A stretch of DNA of 64,000 nt from an uncultured delta proteobacterium (GTDB lineage: Bacteria > Myxococcota > Myxococcia > Myxococcales > Anaeromyxobacteraceae): contig CAWJSR010000003.1 in NCBI GenBank assembly GCA_963845515.1, positions 32,001 through 96,000 of the forward strand, read 5' to 3'. The stretch's first letter is position 1. The number at the start of each line of letters is the position of its first letter. Shown here piece after piece: positions 1 to 9,882 of this stretch. The notes under the pieces were generated by a model. It was given only the letters and a program-made list of their open reading frames with translations. It did not search any database and was not told where the DNA came from. A program made the translations under genes and the position numbers.

Positions 1-360
1 GCGCTCGTCGCGGCGATGGTGCTCCTCGCGGTGCTTGGGCTGGAGCTGCTGCTCAAGGTCTCGCCGGCGCGCTGGGTCGTGATCGCGATCGCGCTGATCG
101 CGCTGATCCTGGTGTCGGAGGACCTGCTCCGCGCGCGCGTGCCAGATCTGATGGCGGATCCGCTGCCGCCCGCGCTCCGCGCCGCGCTGCATGGCGCGAT
201 CGGCGCCCTTCAGCCTCTGAGGATCCTCCTCGCCCCGGGGCTGCTCGTGGGGATCCTCCTGCTGGTCGCCGGCCGGCCCGGGCGCTGGCGGATCGCGGCC
301 GGAGTCCTCATCGCCACGCCGCTCGCCGTCGCGGAGATCGTGCGCTGGCTCGTGCCGTGA
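1..360 (+). CDS. Membrane protein, probably the C-terminal part of a gene starting before the window
   Basis: Hydrophobic ORF with several TM-like stretches; the frame is open to the window edge. Confidence 0.5.
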   Translation, partial: ALVAAMVLLAVLGLELLLKVSPARWVVIAIALIALILVSEDLLRARVPDLMADPLPPALRAALHGAIGALQPLRILLAPGLLVGILLLVAGRPGRWRIAAGVLIATPLAVAEIVRWLVP

Positions 361-378
361 GGGACGGGGGCACCCGCC

Positions 379-1761
379 TCAAGGACCAGTGGAAGGGCTC
401 CCGCCCGAGCTCCCGTCGTCCTCCCCCCGCACCAGCCCCCACTTTCGCAGCTTGTCGTGGAGCGTGACGCGGGAGATGCCCAGCCGGCGCGCTGCCTCGG
501 AGCGGTTCCCCCGCGCGGCGCGCAGCGCCTCGACCACCAGGCCGCGCTCGTAGGCCTCGACGCGCTCGCGCAGCCCGAGCGATGGACCCTGCTCCGCGCC
601 GCTCCCCGCAGCGGTCGGGAGCAGCGCCGGGTCCAGCCCCTCGGGCGGCGAGAGCGCGACCCAGCGCTCCATCGCGTTCTCCAGCTCGCGGACGTTGCCG
701 CGCCACGGGAGGGCGCGGAGCCGGTCGAGGACTGCGTCGGGGACCCGGAACGGGCCGACGCCGAACCGTTCGCAGAAGAGCTGCACGAAGTGGCGCGCGA
801 GCGGCGGAACGTCCTCCGGCCGCTCCCGCAGCGGAGGGACCCTGAGGTGGACGACGTGGAGCCGGTAGTAGAGGTCCTCGCGGAACCGCCCCGCGCGGAC
901 CTCCTGCTCCAGGTCGCGGTGCGTGGCGGCGATCACCCGCACGTCCACCTTGCGCGGTCGCTCCTCGCCGACCGGCCGGATCTCCCCTTCCTGCAGCACG
1001 CGCAGGAGCTTCGGCTGCAGCTCCAGCGGGAGGTCCCCCACCTCGTCGAGCAGCACGGTCCCACCGTCGGCCTCGCCGAAGAGCCCCGGGCGCGCCCTGA
1101 CCGCGCCGGTGAAGGCGCCGCGCGCGTGGCCGAAGAGCTCCGCCTCGGCCAGCTCAGCGGTGAGCGCCGCGCAGTTGAACCGGACGAAGGGCCGCGTCGC
1201 GCGCCGTGAGGCCCGCACGATGGCGTCGGCGATCCGCTCCTTGCCGGTGCCGCTCTCGCCGCTGACGAGCACCGTGACGTCGCGCGGCGCGATCCTCGCG
1301 ACCAGCGCCGCGAGCCTCCGCATCGGCGCCGAGGTGAAGACCATGCCGCCGGCGAGCGCCAGCTCCCCGGCGAGCTGCTCGTTCTCCTGCGAGAGGCGCG
1401 CCGCCTCGACGGCCCGGCGGACCACGGCGAGGAGCTCCTCCGGCTCGAAGGGCTTGCGGAAGTAGTCGAAGGCCCCGGCCTTCATCGCCTCCACGGCCTG
1501 CCGCTCCGAGCCATGCGCCGTCACGAGGACCACGCGCGGCGCCGGCGCGCGGGCGGTGATCGCCTTGAGCAGCGCCATCCCGTCGAGCCGCGGCATCCTC
1601 AGGTCGGTCACGACCAGCGCGTGCCCGCCGGCCTCCAGGCGCCGCAGCGCCTCCTCGCCGTCGGGCGCCTCGTCCACCTCCAGCCCCTCCGACTCGAGGA
1701 TCTCGCGGAGCGTGTAGCGGACGCCTGGATCGTCGTCGACGACGAGGACGCGGACGGTCAC
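379..1761 (-). CDS. Sigma-54-dependent response regulator (NtrC family: REC-AAA+-Fis HTH)
   Basis: VLVVDDD receiver, GESGTGKE Walker A, GAFTGA motif, WRGNVREL, C-terminal HTH. Confidence 0.95.
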   Translation of the reverse strand: MTVRVLVVDDDPGVRYTLREILESEGLEVDEAPDGEEALRRLEAGGHALVVTDLRMPRLDGMALLKAITARAPAPRVVLVTAHGSERQAVEAMKAGAFDYFRKPFEPEELLAVVRRAVEAARLSQENEQLAGELALAGGMVFTSAPMRRLAALVARIAPRDVTVLVSGESGTGKERIADAIVRASRRATRPFVRFNCAALTAELAEAELFGHARGAFTGAVRARPGLFGEADGGTVLLDEVGDLPLELQPKLLRVLQEGEIRPVGEERPRKVDVRVIAATHRDLEQEVRAGRFREDLYYRLHVVHLRVPPLRERPEDVPPLARHFVQLFCERFGVGPFRVPDAVLDRLRALPWRGNVRELENAMERWVALSPPEGLDPALLPTAAGSGAEQGPSLGLRERVEAYERGLVVEALRAARGNRSEAARRLGISRVTLHDKLRKWGLVRGEDDGSSGGSPSTGP

Positions 1762-3182
1762 GAGCCCGTCCCTTCCGCAGGGCGTGAGGTCGCCCCCTCA
1801 CCCAGCCCCTCCGCCGGTGTGGGGGAGAGGTGCAGCTGGTCGGGGAGCGTGACCTCGGCGACCGTCCCGCCGCCGTCGCGCGGCCGCAGCGTCAGGTCGC
1901 CGCCGTGCTGGCGCGCGAGGGCGCGCGCGATGGTGAGCCCGAGCCCGAAGCCGCTCTCCTTGGTCGTGATCCCCGGCTTGAAGGCCGCCTCGCCGAGCGA
2001 AGGCTCGAGCCCACGCCCCCGGTCGAGCACGCGCAGCACCGCCGCGCCATCGCCGCCGGCCTCGGCGGTCAGCTCCACGGCGCCGCCGCGCGGGCTCGCG
2101 TCGATGGCGTTCTGGACGAGGTTGATCAGGATCTGCCGGACCTTTCGCGCATCGCAGCGCGCCCTGACCGGCTCCGCCGGCGCCTGGAGGAGGACGCCGC
2201 GCTCCTGCGCCATCCCCTCGTGAAGCGAGACGATCTCACGGCAGAGCGCCGCCACGTCGCTCGTGCCGAGCGCCAGGGGGACGAGCGGCCGGGAGAAGTT
2301 GAGGAACTCGTCGAGGGTGGCCTGCATCCGGTCCACCTCACGGCGGAGGACGCCGAGCCGCTCGGCCCCCTTCCCGTCGGGGAGGTGCTGCGAGAGGAGC
2401 GAGGCGAGCCCCTTCACGCTGGCGAGCGGGTTCTTCAGCTCGTGCGCGATCTCCCCGGAGAGGGCGGTCAGCTCCTCAGCCCGCTCGGCGTGCGACCGGA
2501 GGGCGTCCTGCTGCGCCGAGACCGTCCGCGCGAGCATGGCGTCGAGGGAGGTGCGCACCGTCCTGCCCGCCACGCGCACCACGGAGAGGATCACGCTGAT
2601 GACGAGCGCGAGCGGCAGGGCGCGTCCCGCTGGCGCGCCGCGCGGGGCGCCGACGGCGGCGAGCGCCATCTCAGGGAAGAGATCGAGGATCGCCTCCGCG
2701 GCCAGGGCCCAGATGAAGGCGAGCTGGAGGGCGAAGAGCCACGGCGAGACGCGAGGCGACGCGAAGAGCGCCGTCGCGATCCCGACCAGCACCACCACGG
2801 GGATGAAAGGGCTGTCGATGCCGCCGCTCACGGTGGTGAGGAGCAGGACGCCACCGCTGGCGAAGCAGACGTTGAGGTCGATCGCGCCCGGGCGGAGGCC
2901 GTGGAGCCGGTAGCGGCGGAGCTCCAGGAGGATGAAGGCGGCGATGGCCGGGAGGGCGATCCCGAGCACGATGACGCGCCAAGGCGTCCGATCGACCGCC
3001 GCGAGCCAGGCGAACAGGGCCAGGAAGAGCGGGATGAGCCAGAGCCGCGCGCGTGCCATGCGCCCGAAGAGCCGCTCCACCTCCTGCCGCTGGATCTCCT
3101 CGAAGCCGGGCGGGGTCAGGGTCTCCTCCGGGGTTGCGGTGAGCCGCCCAGCGAGGATACGTCGCTTCCCACCGCCGCGCAC
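1758..3182 (-). CDS. Membrane sensor histidine kinase
   Basis: N-terminal TM helices, H-box IAHELKNPL, N-box NLVQNAIDA, DRGRG, GFGLGL; overlaps the regulator start. Confidence 0.93.
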   Translation of the reverse strand: MRGGGKRRILAGRLTATPEETLTPPGFEEIQRQEVERLFGRMARARLWLIPLFLALFAWLAAVDRTPWRVIVLGIALPAIAAFILLELRRYRLHGLRPGAIDLNVCFASGGVLLLTTVSGGIDSPFIPVVVLVGIATALFASPRVSPWLFALQLAFIWALAAEAILDLFPEMALAAVGAPRGAPAGRALPLALVISVILSVVRVAGRTVRTSLDAMLARTVSAQQDALRSHAERAEELTALSGEIAHELKNPLASVKGLASLLSQHLPDGKGAERLGVLRREVDRMQATLDEFLNFSRPLVPLALGTSDVAALCREIVSLHEGMAQERGVLLQAPAEPVRARCDARKVRQILINLVQNAIDASPRGGAVELTAEAGGDGAAVLRVLDRGRGLEPSLGEAAFKPGITTKESGFGLGLTIARALARQHGGDLTLRPRDGGGTVAEVTLPDQLHLSPTPAEGLGEGATSRPAEGTGS

Positions 3183-3185
3183 GGC

Positions 3186-4514
3186 TCAGCGCCCTGCCGC
3201 GCGCGCGAGCGCCGCCCGCGCGACGCCCAGCCGCGCGTGCGCCTCGGCCAGCCCCACGTCGGCCTGGTAGAGCCTGTCGTTCGCGTCCACCACGTCGAGC
3301 GACGACGCCACCCCCGCCTCGAAGCTCCGCTTCGCGCTCCCGGCCGCGTCGGCGGCCAGCTTCCGCTGCTGCTCTGCGAGCCGCAGCCGCTCCGTCGCCA
3401 CCACCACGTCGCGCACGGAGTCCTGGACCTCCTGGACGACCTGGAGCCGGACGCCCTCGGTGGCCGCCCGCGCGCCGGCGAGCTGGGCGTTCGCCTGGCG
3501 CCGCTTGCCGTAGCGGTAGCCGCCGTCGTAGAGGGCCCAGGTGAGGTCGAGCGTCGCACGCCACCCCTGCCGCTCCTGCGTGATGTACGGGACGTCGGAC
3601 GCGAAGGCCGAGAGGGAGCCGGAGAGCTGCGGGGCGAGCCGCGCCCGCGCCGAGTCGAGCTGCGCCTGTGCCCCGTCGGCCTGCGCGCGCGCGGCCGCGA
3701 GCTCCGGCCTGTGCTCCAGCGCCTGGACCACCAGCGGAGCGGCGTCGGGAGCTGCCACGGTCGCCGCCGTGGGGACCGCGACGCGCACGGGCTCCGCGCG
3801 GCCGATGAGGACGCCCAGCGCCAGCCGGGAGCGGCCGAGGTCGGCGCGCGCCCTCGCGAGATCGCTCTCGCGCCTGATCCGCTCCGTCTGGGCGCGCAGG
3901 TGGTCGAGCGGCGGCGACGTCCCCACCGCCACGCGCCGCGCGGCGGACCGCTCGTGCTCGGTCGCGCTCTCCACGGCCCGCTCGCTGGCGAGCACCACCT
4001 CCTCCGCCGCGGCGGACAGGTGGGCCGCCTGCTCGAACCCGGTCCTGATCTGCCTGCGGGCCGCCTCGGTCGTGGCGCCGGCCGCGCGGGCGGCGTCGAG
4101 CGCGGCGGCGAGGTCCCACCAGCCGCTCGGCACGACGAGTGGGACTCGGAGCGCGCCGCCCACGGTGAGCTGCTGCTCCGGCTGCAGGATGATCTCGGGC
4201 GCCCCTGGCCGGCCGAGGAGCGCCGCGAGGTCGAGCCGTGCCTCGCCTGCGTTCCTGGTGTAGGAGCCGGTCGCGACGATCGACGGCAGGAGCGGCGCCA
4301 TCGCCTGTCTGGCGACGGCCGACGCCTCGTCGGACCGGGCGCGAGCCTGCTGCAGGGCGAGGCTCCGCTCGTCGAGCTGCGCCAGGGCGTCCTCCAGTGA
4401 GAGGAGGGCGGGCTCGGGCTCGCCGGCCGCGGCGGTCCCGGCGATGGGCGCAGCGGCTGGCTCAGCGGCGAGCGCAGCGGCGAGGAGGGTGCCGAGTCGG
4501 ACCATGGCGATCAT
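3186..4514 (-). CDS. TolC-family outer membrane efflux protein
   Basis: Real gene is the 3' part of ORF 3186..5795 (start MIAMVRLG with a GGGAG RBS); LSLEDAL, RPEL and FEAGVASSLDVVDA motifs. Confidence 0.85.
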   Translation of the reverse strand: MIAMVRLGTLLAAALAAEPAAAPIAGTAAAGEPEPALLSLEDALAQLDERSLALQQARARSDEASAVARQAMAPLLPSIVATGSYTRNAGEARLDLAALLGRPGAPEIILQPEQQLTVGGALRVPLVVPSGWWDLAAALDAARAAGATTEAARRQIRTGFEQAAHLSAAAEEVVLASERAVESATEHERSAARRVAVGTSPPLDHLRAQTERIRRESDLARARADLGRSRLALGVLIGRAEPVRVAVPTAATVAAPDAAPLVVQALEHRPELAAARAQADGAQAQLDSARARLAPQLSGSLSAFASDVPYITQERQGWRATLDLTWALYDGGYRYGKRRQANAQLAGARAATEGVRLQVVQEVQDSVRDVVVATERLRLAEQQRKLAADAAGSAKRSFEAGVASSLDVVDANDRLYQADVGLAEAHARLGVARAALARAAGR

Positions 4515-4633
4515 GCTTGCTCCCGTGCGGGCCGGGGCGTGGCGCCCCGCCGGCGGCAGAGGAGAGAGCAAGACCGGTGCCTGCCCTTGCCGGCCAATAA
4601 CCGAGCGCTTTTGGCGCTGCGCGCGGCCGGGAG

Positions 4634-4671
4634 CGTCAGGTGGACCGACGCGGGCGTCGGACTTCCTTACA
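4634..4671 (+). promoter_or_regulatory. Candidate tandem enhancer sites for a sigma-54 activator
   Basis: CGTCAG-N5-CCGACG and CGTCGG-N5-CTTACA imperfect palindromes 21 bp apart, about 100 bp upstream of a -24/-12 site. Confidence 0.4.
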
Positions 4672-4745
4672 CCTGCGATCGCGGCCAACCGCGGGCAGGC
4701 GACGGAAGGCCCCATTACGACGGGGGGAAGGGCCAGGGCGCGCGG

Positions 4746-4760
4746 CGGCACGCCACTTGC
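4746..4760 (+). promoter_or_regulatory. Sigma-54 -24/-12 promoter
   Basis: CGGCACGCCACTTGC (GG-N10-GC) about 40 bp upstream of the HlyD ATG. Confidence 0.7.
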
Positions 4761-4802
4761 GACGAGAGCGGGCTCCGGCCCAGCGGGCCGCGGGAGATTC
4801 AA

Positions 4803-5675
4803 ATGCGCAGAGTCATCGGGATCCTGATCGTACTCGTCGTCGGAATGGGCGCCCTGATCGGCGTCCGCCTGCTCCGGCAGCAGCGCGCCCTGAGCGGCCC
4901 GTCGGGGGGCTCGGGCGAGATCGAGGGGACCACGGTGGACCTCTCCTCGCGCGTCGGTGCGCGGATCGTGGGGCTCCAGGTCCGCGAGGGGCAGGCGGTG
5001 AAGAAGGGGGACCTGCTCGTCTCGCTCGACTGCGCCGAGCCCGAGGTGCTCCTGGCCGAGGCGGAGGCGCGGCTCGCCGGGGCGCGGGCCCAGGCGGGCG
5101 CGGCCGAGACGCAGCGCGGCGCGGCCGAGCGGCAGGCGAAGCGGCTCGAGAGGTTGCCGGAGGACGTGGCCGCGGCCAGCGTCGACCAGAGCGCGAGCGG
5201 CGCGCAGGGGGCCGCCCGCCAGTCGGAGGCGGCCCGCGCGCAGGTGCGGGCGGCGGCTGCCGCCGTCGAGCGGGCCCGGCTCCTTGCCGGCGAGTGCGTC
5301 GTGCGCGCGCCGCGCGACGCCGAGATCTCGCTCCTGCCGCGCGAGGCTGGGGAGTTCGTCCCGCCCGGCCAGGTCCTCGCTCGGCTCGTCGATCTCTCCG
5401 CGCCGATCGCCACCTTCTACCTCCCGAACGCCGAGGTGGGGGCGGTGAAGCCGGGCGCGCGCGCGGTCGTCGTCGCCGACGCCTTCCCCGGCGAGGAGTT
5501 CGAGGGCACGGTGCGGACGGTTGCGCTGGAGGCCGAGTTCACCCCTCGGAACATCCAGACCCGCTCCGACCGCGATCGGCTCGTCTACCCGGTCGAGGTC
5601 GCGGTCGTGAACCGAGACGGCAAGCTCCGCGCTGGGATGCCGGTCCAGGTGACGCTGCCGGGGACGGGGAGGTAG
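4803..5675 (+). CDS. HlyD-family periplasmic adaptor
   Basis: N-terminal TM, VREGQAVKKGDLLVSLD, AEFTPRNIQT motif. Confidence 0.9.
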   Translation: MRRVIGILIVLVVGMGALIGVRLLRQQRALSGPSGGSGEIEGTTVDLSSRVGARIVGLQVREGQAVKKGDLLVSLDCAEPEVLLAEAEARLAGARAQAGAAETQRGAAERQAKRLERLPEDVAAASVDQSASGAQGAARQSEAARAQVRAAAAAVERARLLAGECVVRAPRDAEISLLPREAGEFVPPGQVLARLVDLSAPIATFYLPNAEVGAVKPGARAVVVADAFPGEEFEGTVRTVALEAEFTPRNIQTRSDRDRLVYPVEVAVVNRDGKLRAGMPVQVTLPGTGR

Positions 5676-5677
5676 CG

Positions 5678-6460
5678 GTGGCCTCGGCAGCCCGGCCGCT
5701 CGCGGCGACCGACGGCCCCGCCGTGAGCGCACGGGGGCTCGTGCGCCGCTTCGGCGACGTCGTCGCCCTCGACGGCTTCTCGCTCGAGATCCCACGGGGC
5801 GAGCTCTACGGCCTCGTCGGGCCGGATGGCGCCGGGAAGACCACCTTCATCCGGGCGCTGGCCGGGCTCCTCGACGTGGACGCTGGCGAGGTGCGGGTGC
5901 TCGGGGAGGATCCGGCGAAGGGGGGCGTCCGCGAGCGGGTGGGGCTCATGCCGCAGCAGTTCAGCCTCTACCGCGACCTCTCCGTGGCGGAGAACCTCAA
6001 GTTCTTCTCGCGGCTCAACGCGCTGACGCGCGCGGAGCACCGGCGCCGCACCGAGCGGCTCCTCGCCATCACGCGGCTCGCGCCGTTCGCCGATCGGCGT
6101 GCCGAGGCGCTCTCCGGCGGCATGTACAAGAAGCTGGCGCTCGCCTGCGCGCTCCTGCACGAGCCGGAGGTGCTGCTGCTCGACGAGCCGACCAACGGCG
6201 TCGACCCGGTCTCCCGACGCGAGCTCTGGGAGCTGCTCCACGAGTTCGTCCACGGCGGGATGACGGTCCTCATCTCGACGCCGTACATGGACGAGGCGGA
6301 GCGCTGCCACCGCGTCGGGCTCGCCTACCGGGGCCGGATCCTCGTGGAGGGGGCGCCGCAGGCGCTGGTGGCAGAGCACGGCGTGCGGTCCTTCGAGGAG
6401 ATCTTCCTCGCGCGCATCGCCGCCGCCGAGAGCGTGGACGCGAAGGAGGCCCAGCCGTGA
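5678..6460 (+). CDS. ABC transporter ATP-binding protein
   Basis: GPDGAGKTT, LSGGM, LLLDEPT; GTG start inside ORF 4640..6460. Confidence 0.9.
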   Translation: MASAARPLAATDGPAVSARGLVRRFGDVVALDGFSLEIPRGELYGLVGPDGAGKTTFIRALAGLLDVDAGEVRVLGEDPAKGGVRERVGLMPQQFSLYRDLSVAENLKFFSRLNALTRAEHRRRTERLLAITRLAPFADRRAEALSGGMYKKLALACALLHEPEVLLLDEPTNGVDPVSRRELWELLHEFVHGGMTVLISTPYMDEAERCHRVGLAYRGRILVEGAPQALVAEHGVRSFEEIFLARIAAAESVDAKEAQP

Positions 6461-7404
6461 CGCACGCGATCGAGGCGTCCGGGCTCTCCCGCAGGTACGG
6501 CGCCTTCACGGCGGTGGACCGCGTCACCTTCGACGTCGGGCAGGGGGAGATCTTCGGCTACCTCGGCGCCAACGGCGCCGGGAAGTCCACCACCATCCGC
6601 ATGCTGACGGGGCTCCTGGCGCCGACCGGCGGCGAGGCCCGGGTCGCCGGCTACGACGTGAAGGCCGAGCCGGAGGCGGTGAAGGCGGCCATCGGCTACA
6701 TGTCGCAGAAGTTCTCGCTCTACCTCGACCTGCCGGTGATCGAGAACCTCCGCTTCTTCGGCGGCGCCTACGGCCTCTCCGGCAAGGCGCTCCTCTCCCG
6801 CGTCGAGGAGCTGCTCGAGCTCGTCGACCTGCGTGGTCACGAGCAGGACACGACCGGTGCGATGCCTGGAGGGATGCGGCAGCGGGTGGCGCTGGCCGGC
6901 GCGCTCCTGCACCGGCCGGGCGTCGTCTTCCTGGACGAGCCGACGGCGGGCGTCGACCCGGTCGCGCGGCGCCTCTTCTGGAAGCTCATCCGCGACGTGG
7001 CCTCCGGAGGGACCACCGTCTTCGTGACCACGCACTACCTCGACGAGGCCGAGTACTGCGCCCGGATCGGCCTGATGGTGGACGGCCGCCTCGTGGCCCT
7101 CGACACGCCCGCGGCGCTCAAGCGGGACTGGGTTCCCGACCGCCTGGTCGTCGCGCGGGGGCGCGGCCTGGCGGGTGCCGCGGAGCGGCTCCGCGCGGCC
7201 CCTGGCGTCCGCGCGGTGGCGGCCTTCGGCGCCGGGTTCCACGTCCGGGTCGACCGCGCCGGGCTCGACGCCGCCGGCGTCGCCGCGATCCTCTCCGGCG
7301 CGGGGGCGACCGACCTGCACGTGGAAGAGACCGCCCCGTCGCTGGAGGACGTCTTCCTGGCGGTCGTGGACCGCGGCGCCGCCGCCGGGGAGGGCACGCC
7401 ATGA
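6457..7404 (+). CDS. ABC transporter ATP-binding protein
   Basis: GANGAGKST, FLDEPTAGVD, TTHYLDEAE. Confidence 0.92.
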   Translation: MTHAIEASGLSRRYGAFTAVDRVTFDVGQGEIFGYLGANGAGKSTTIRMLTGLLAPTGGEARVAGYDVKAEPEAVKAAIGYMSQKFSLYLDLPVIENLRFFGGAYGLSGKALLSRVEELLELVDLRGHEQDTTGAMPGGMRQRVALAGALLHRPGVVFLDEPTAGVDPVARRLFWKLIRDVASGGTTVFVTTHYLDEAEYCARIGLMVDGRLVALDTPAALKRDWVPDRLVVARGRGLAGAAERLRAAPGVRAVAAFGAGFHVRVDRAGLDAAGVAAILSGAGATDLHVEETAPSLEDVFLAVVDRGAAAGEGTP

Positions 7405-8540
7405 CCCTGCCGCCGCGCCTGCGCCGCTCGCTCATCCGGATCGGCGCCATGGCCTCCAAGGAGACGAGCCACATCATCCGCGACCCGCGCACGCTCTACC
7501 TGGCGCTGGTGATGCCGGTGGTGATGCTCTTCCTCTTCGGCTACGGCGTCGCCTTCGACCTCGACCGGATCCCCATCGCCTTCGCCGACCGGGACGCGAC
7601 CGCGACGTCGCGCGCGCTCGCCCGCGCCTTCACCGCCAACGGCGAGTTCGAGCGGGTGGCAGACGTCGAGGCGGCCGACGCCGAGCGGCTCTTCCGGCGC
7701 AGCGGCGCGCTGGCCGTGCTCGTGATCCCCGACGGCTACGCCGCCGACCTCGCACGGGGGCGCCCCGTCGAGCTCCAGCTGCTGGTGGACGGTGCCGACA
7801 CCGTGGTGGCCAACCAGGTCCTCTCGAAGGCCGACGCGGTCGTGCGGGCCCAGCTCCTGCGGCTGGCCGGCCCGGACGCCGCGCGCGTGGCGCCGCCGGT
7901 CCAGGCGAAGGTCTGGACGCGCTACAACCCGTCGGGCCGCTCGGCGCTCTTCATGGTGCCGGGGCTCGTCGTCTACCTGCTCGCCATCTCGGCGGTGCTC
8001 CTGACGGCGCTCACCGTGGCCGGGGAGTGGGAGCGCGGCTCGATGGAGCAGCTCTTCGCCTCGCCGGTGGGGCGGCTCGAGATCGTGATCGGCAAGCTCC
8101 TGCCGTACCTCGTCCTCGGCCTGGTCGAGTTCCAGCTCGTCCTCGCCTTCGGCGTCACGGCGTTCGATCTCCCCATCCGCGGCTCCGGACTGCTCCTGGG
8201 CGTCGCCGGGGTCCTCTTCCTCCTCGGCATGCTCGGGCAGGGGCTGCTCATCTCGGTCGTCACCAGGAATCAGCTCGTCGCGACGCAGGCCGGGGCGCTC
8301 TCGGCGCTCCTGCCGTCGCTCCTCCTCTCCGGGATGATCTTCCCGCTCGACAGCATGCCGCTGCCGCTCCAGGCCCTCGCGAAGCTCATCCCGGCGCAGT
8401 ACCTGCTCCACGCGCTGCGCGGCATCCTCCTCAAGGGGAACGGCCTGGCCCAGGTCTGGCCCGACCTGGTCGCGCTGGCGGTCTTCGCCACGGCGGTCGT
8501 CGCGATCTCCACGGCCCGCTTCAAGCGGAGGCTCGCATGA
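7401..8540 (+). CDS. ABC-2 type permease (YbhS-like)
   Basis: RDPRTL, EWERGSMEQL, multiple TM helices. Confidence 0.9.
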   Translation: MTLPPRLRRSLIRIGAMASKETSHIIRDPRTLYLALVMPVVMLFLFGYGVAFDLDRIPIAFADRDATATSRALARAFTANGEFERVADVEAADAERLFRRSGALAVLVIPDGYAADLARGRPVELQLLVDGADTVVANQVLSKADAVVRAQLLRLAGPDAARVAPPVQAKVWTRYNPSGRSALFMVPGLVVYLLAISAVLLTALTVAGEWERGSMEQLFASPVGRLEIVIGKLLPYLVLGLVEFQLVLAFGVTAFDLPIRGSGLLLGVAGVLFLLGMLGQGLLISVVTRNQLVATQAGALSALLPSLLLSGMIFPLDSMPLPLQALAKLIPAQYLLHALRGILLKGNGLAQVWPDLVALAVFATAVVAISTARFKRRLA

Positions 8541-9688
8541 CCCGCGCCCGGCGCACCGCCCCGCCAGCCCGGCTCCAGCTCGCCGCCGTCATCCGCAAGG
8601 AGGTCCTGCAGACCATCCGCGACCGACGGGTGATGTTCCTCCTGATGGTGGCGCCGCTGATCCAGACCATCGTCTTCGGCTTCGCCGTCAACTTCGACGT
8701 GGACGACGTCCCGACGGTGGTGGCCGACCTCGACCGGAGCGCGGAGAGCCGGCTTCACACCCGGCGCCTCCTCGCGGACGGGACGCTCGCCAGCGCGGGG
8801 ACTGCCGGCAGCCCGGTGGACGCCGAGCGGGCGCTCGACGCCGGGAGGGCCGCGGCGGCGGTGGTCTTCCCCGACGGGTTCGCGTCGGACCTCGCGGCGG
8901 GCCGCGCTGCGGAGGTGCAGGTGGTCATCGACGGGACGGATCCCAACCGCGCCACGGTCGCGTCGGCGGCGGCCGCCCGCTACTTCGGCGAGCTGGGGGC
9001 GGCGCTCCAGCGGGATCGGATGGCGGCCCTCGGCGCGCGGGGGCCGGACGTCAGGCTCGTCCCCCGCATAGCCTGGAACCCCACGCTGCGGTCCGCCCCG
9101 TACATGGTGCCCGGGATCGCGGGGATGCTGCTCATCATCGTCACCACCATCATCACGGCCATGGGGCTCGCGCGGGAGCGCGAGATGGGGACGCTCGAGC
9201 AGGTGATGGTGACGCCGATCCAGCCCCTCTGGCTCCTGCTCGGAAAGATGACCCCCTACGTGGTCATCGGGATCGTGGACGTGATGCTGCTGGTCGGGGT
9301 CGGGAGCTGGCTCTTCGACATCCCGATCCGCGGCATGCCGCTGGCGCTGCTCACCGGGACCGTCCTCTACCTCTTCTCGACGCTCGGGGTGGGGCTGCTG
9401 ATCTCCACCATCTCGGCGAACCAGCAGCAGGCCTTCCTCGGCGGGTTCCTGTTCGCCATCCCCGCGATAATCCTCTCCGGCGTGATGACGCCGGTCCGCG
9501 CCATGCCCGACTGGCTGCGGCCGCTCACCTACGCCAACCCCGTCCGCTGGTTCGTCGAGGTGATGCGGGGCGTCATGCTGCGCGGGGCCGGCTTCGCCGA
9601 CCTCTGGCTCCAGCTCCTCGCGCTCCTGGTGATCGGCTCTGCCATCCTCCTCTTCGCCGCCGCCCGGTTCCGTAAACGGCTGGTTTGA
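8537..9688 (+). CDS. ABC-2 type permease (YbhR-like)
   Basis: IRKEVLQTIRD, REREMGTLEQVMVTP; ATG overlaps the previous stop. Confidence 0.9.
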   Translation: MTRARRTAPPARLQLAAVIRKEVLQTIRDRRVMFLLMVAPLIQTIVFGFAVNFDVDDVPTVVADLDRSAESRLHTRRLLADGTLASAGTAGSPVDAERALDAGRAAAAVVFPDGFASDLAAGRAAEVQVVIDGTDPNRATVASAAAARYFGELGAALQRDRMAALGARGPDVRLVPRIAWNPTLRSAPYMVPGIAGMLLIIVTTIITAMGLAREREMGTLEQVMVTPIQPLWLLLGKMTPYVVIGIVDVMLLVGVGSWLFDIPIRGMPLALLTGTVLYLFSTLGVGLLISTISANQQQAFLGGFLFAIPAIILSGVMTPVRAMPDWLRPLTYANPVRWFVEVMRGVMLRGAGFADLWLQLLALLVIGSAILLFAAARFRKRLV

Positions 9689-9882
9689 CGGGTTTGGAGG
9701 GGTGGGATCCCCGGTCCGAGGTGCGGCATCGGAGGGCTGGATCTCCCGGTGTGGACGGGGTATGAGAGGCAACCCTGAGTCGACTTCCGCGGGATTCATT
9801 CCAGGTGCTCGCGGGTTGAAGCGACACCCGATTCTCGTGAGCGGGTGACAGCGAACGTTCAAGCCTCCCGGAGGTTCACCGC

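Noticed and set aside
1830..4400. Long antisense or alternate-frame ORFs (e.g. 1830..4400 +, 12457..14865 +, 38006..40621 -)
   Set aside because: Shadow ORFs from high GC; they overlap well-supported genes and have no motifs.
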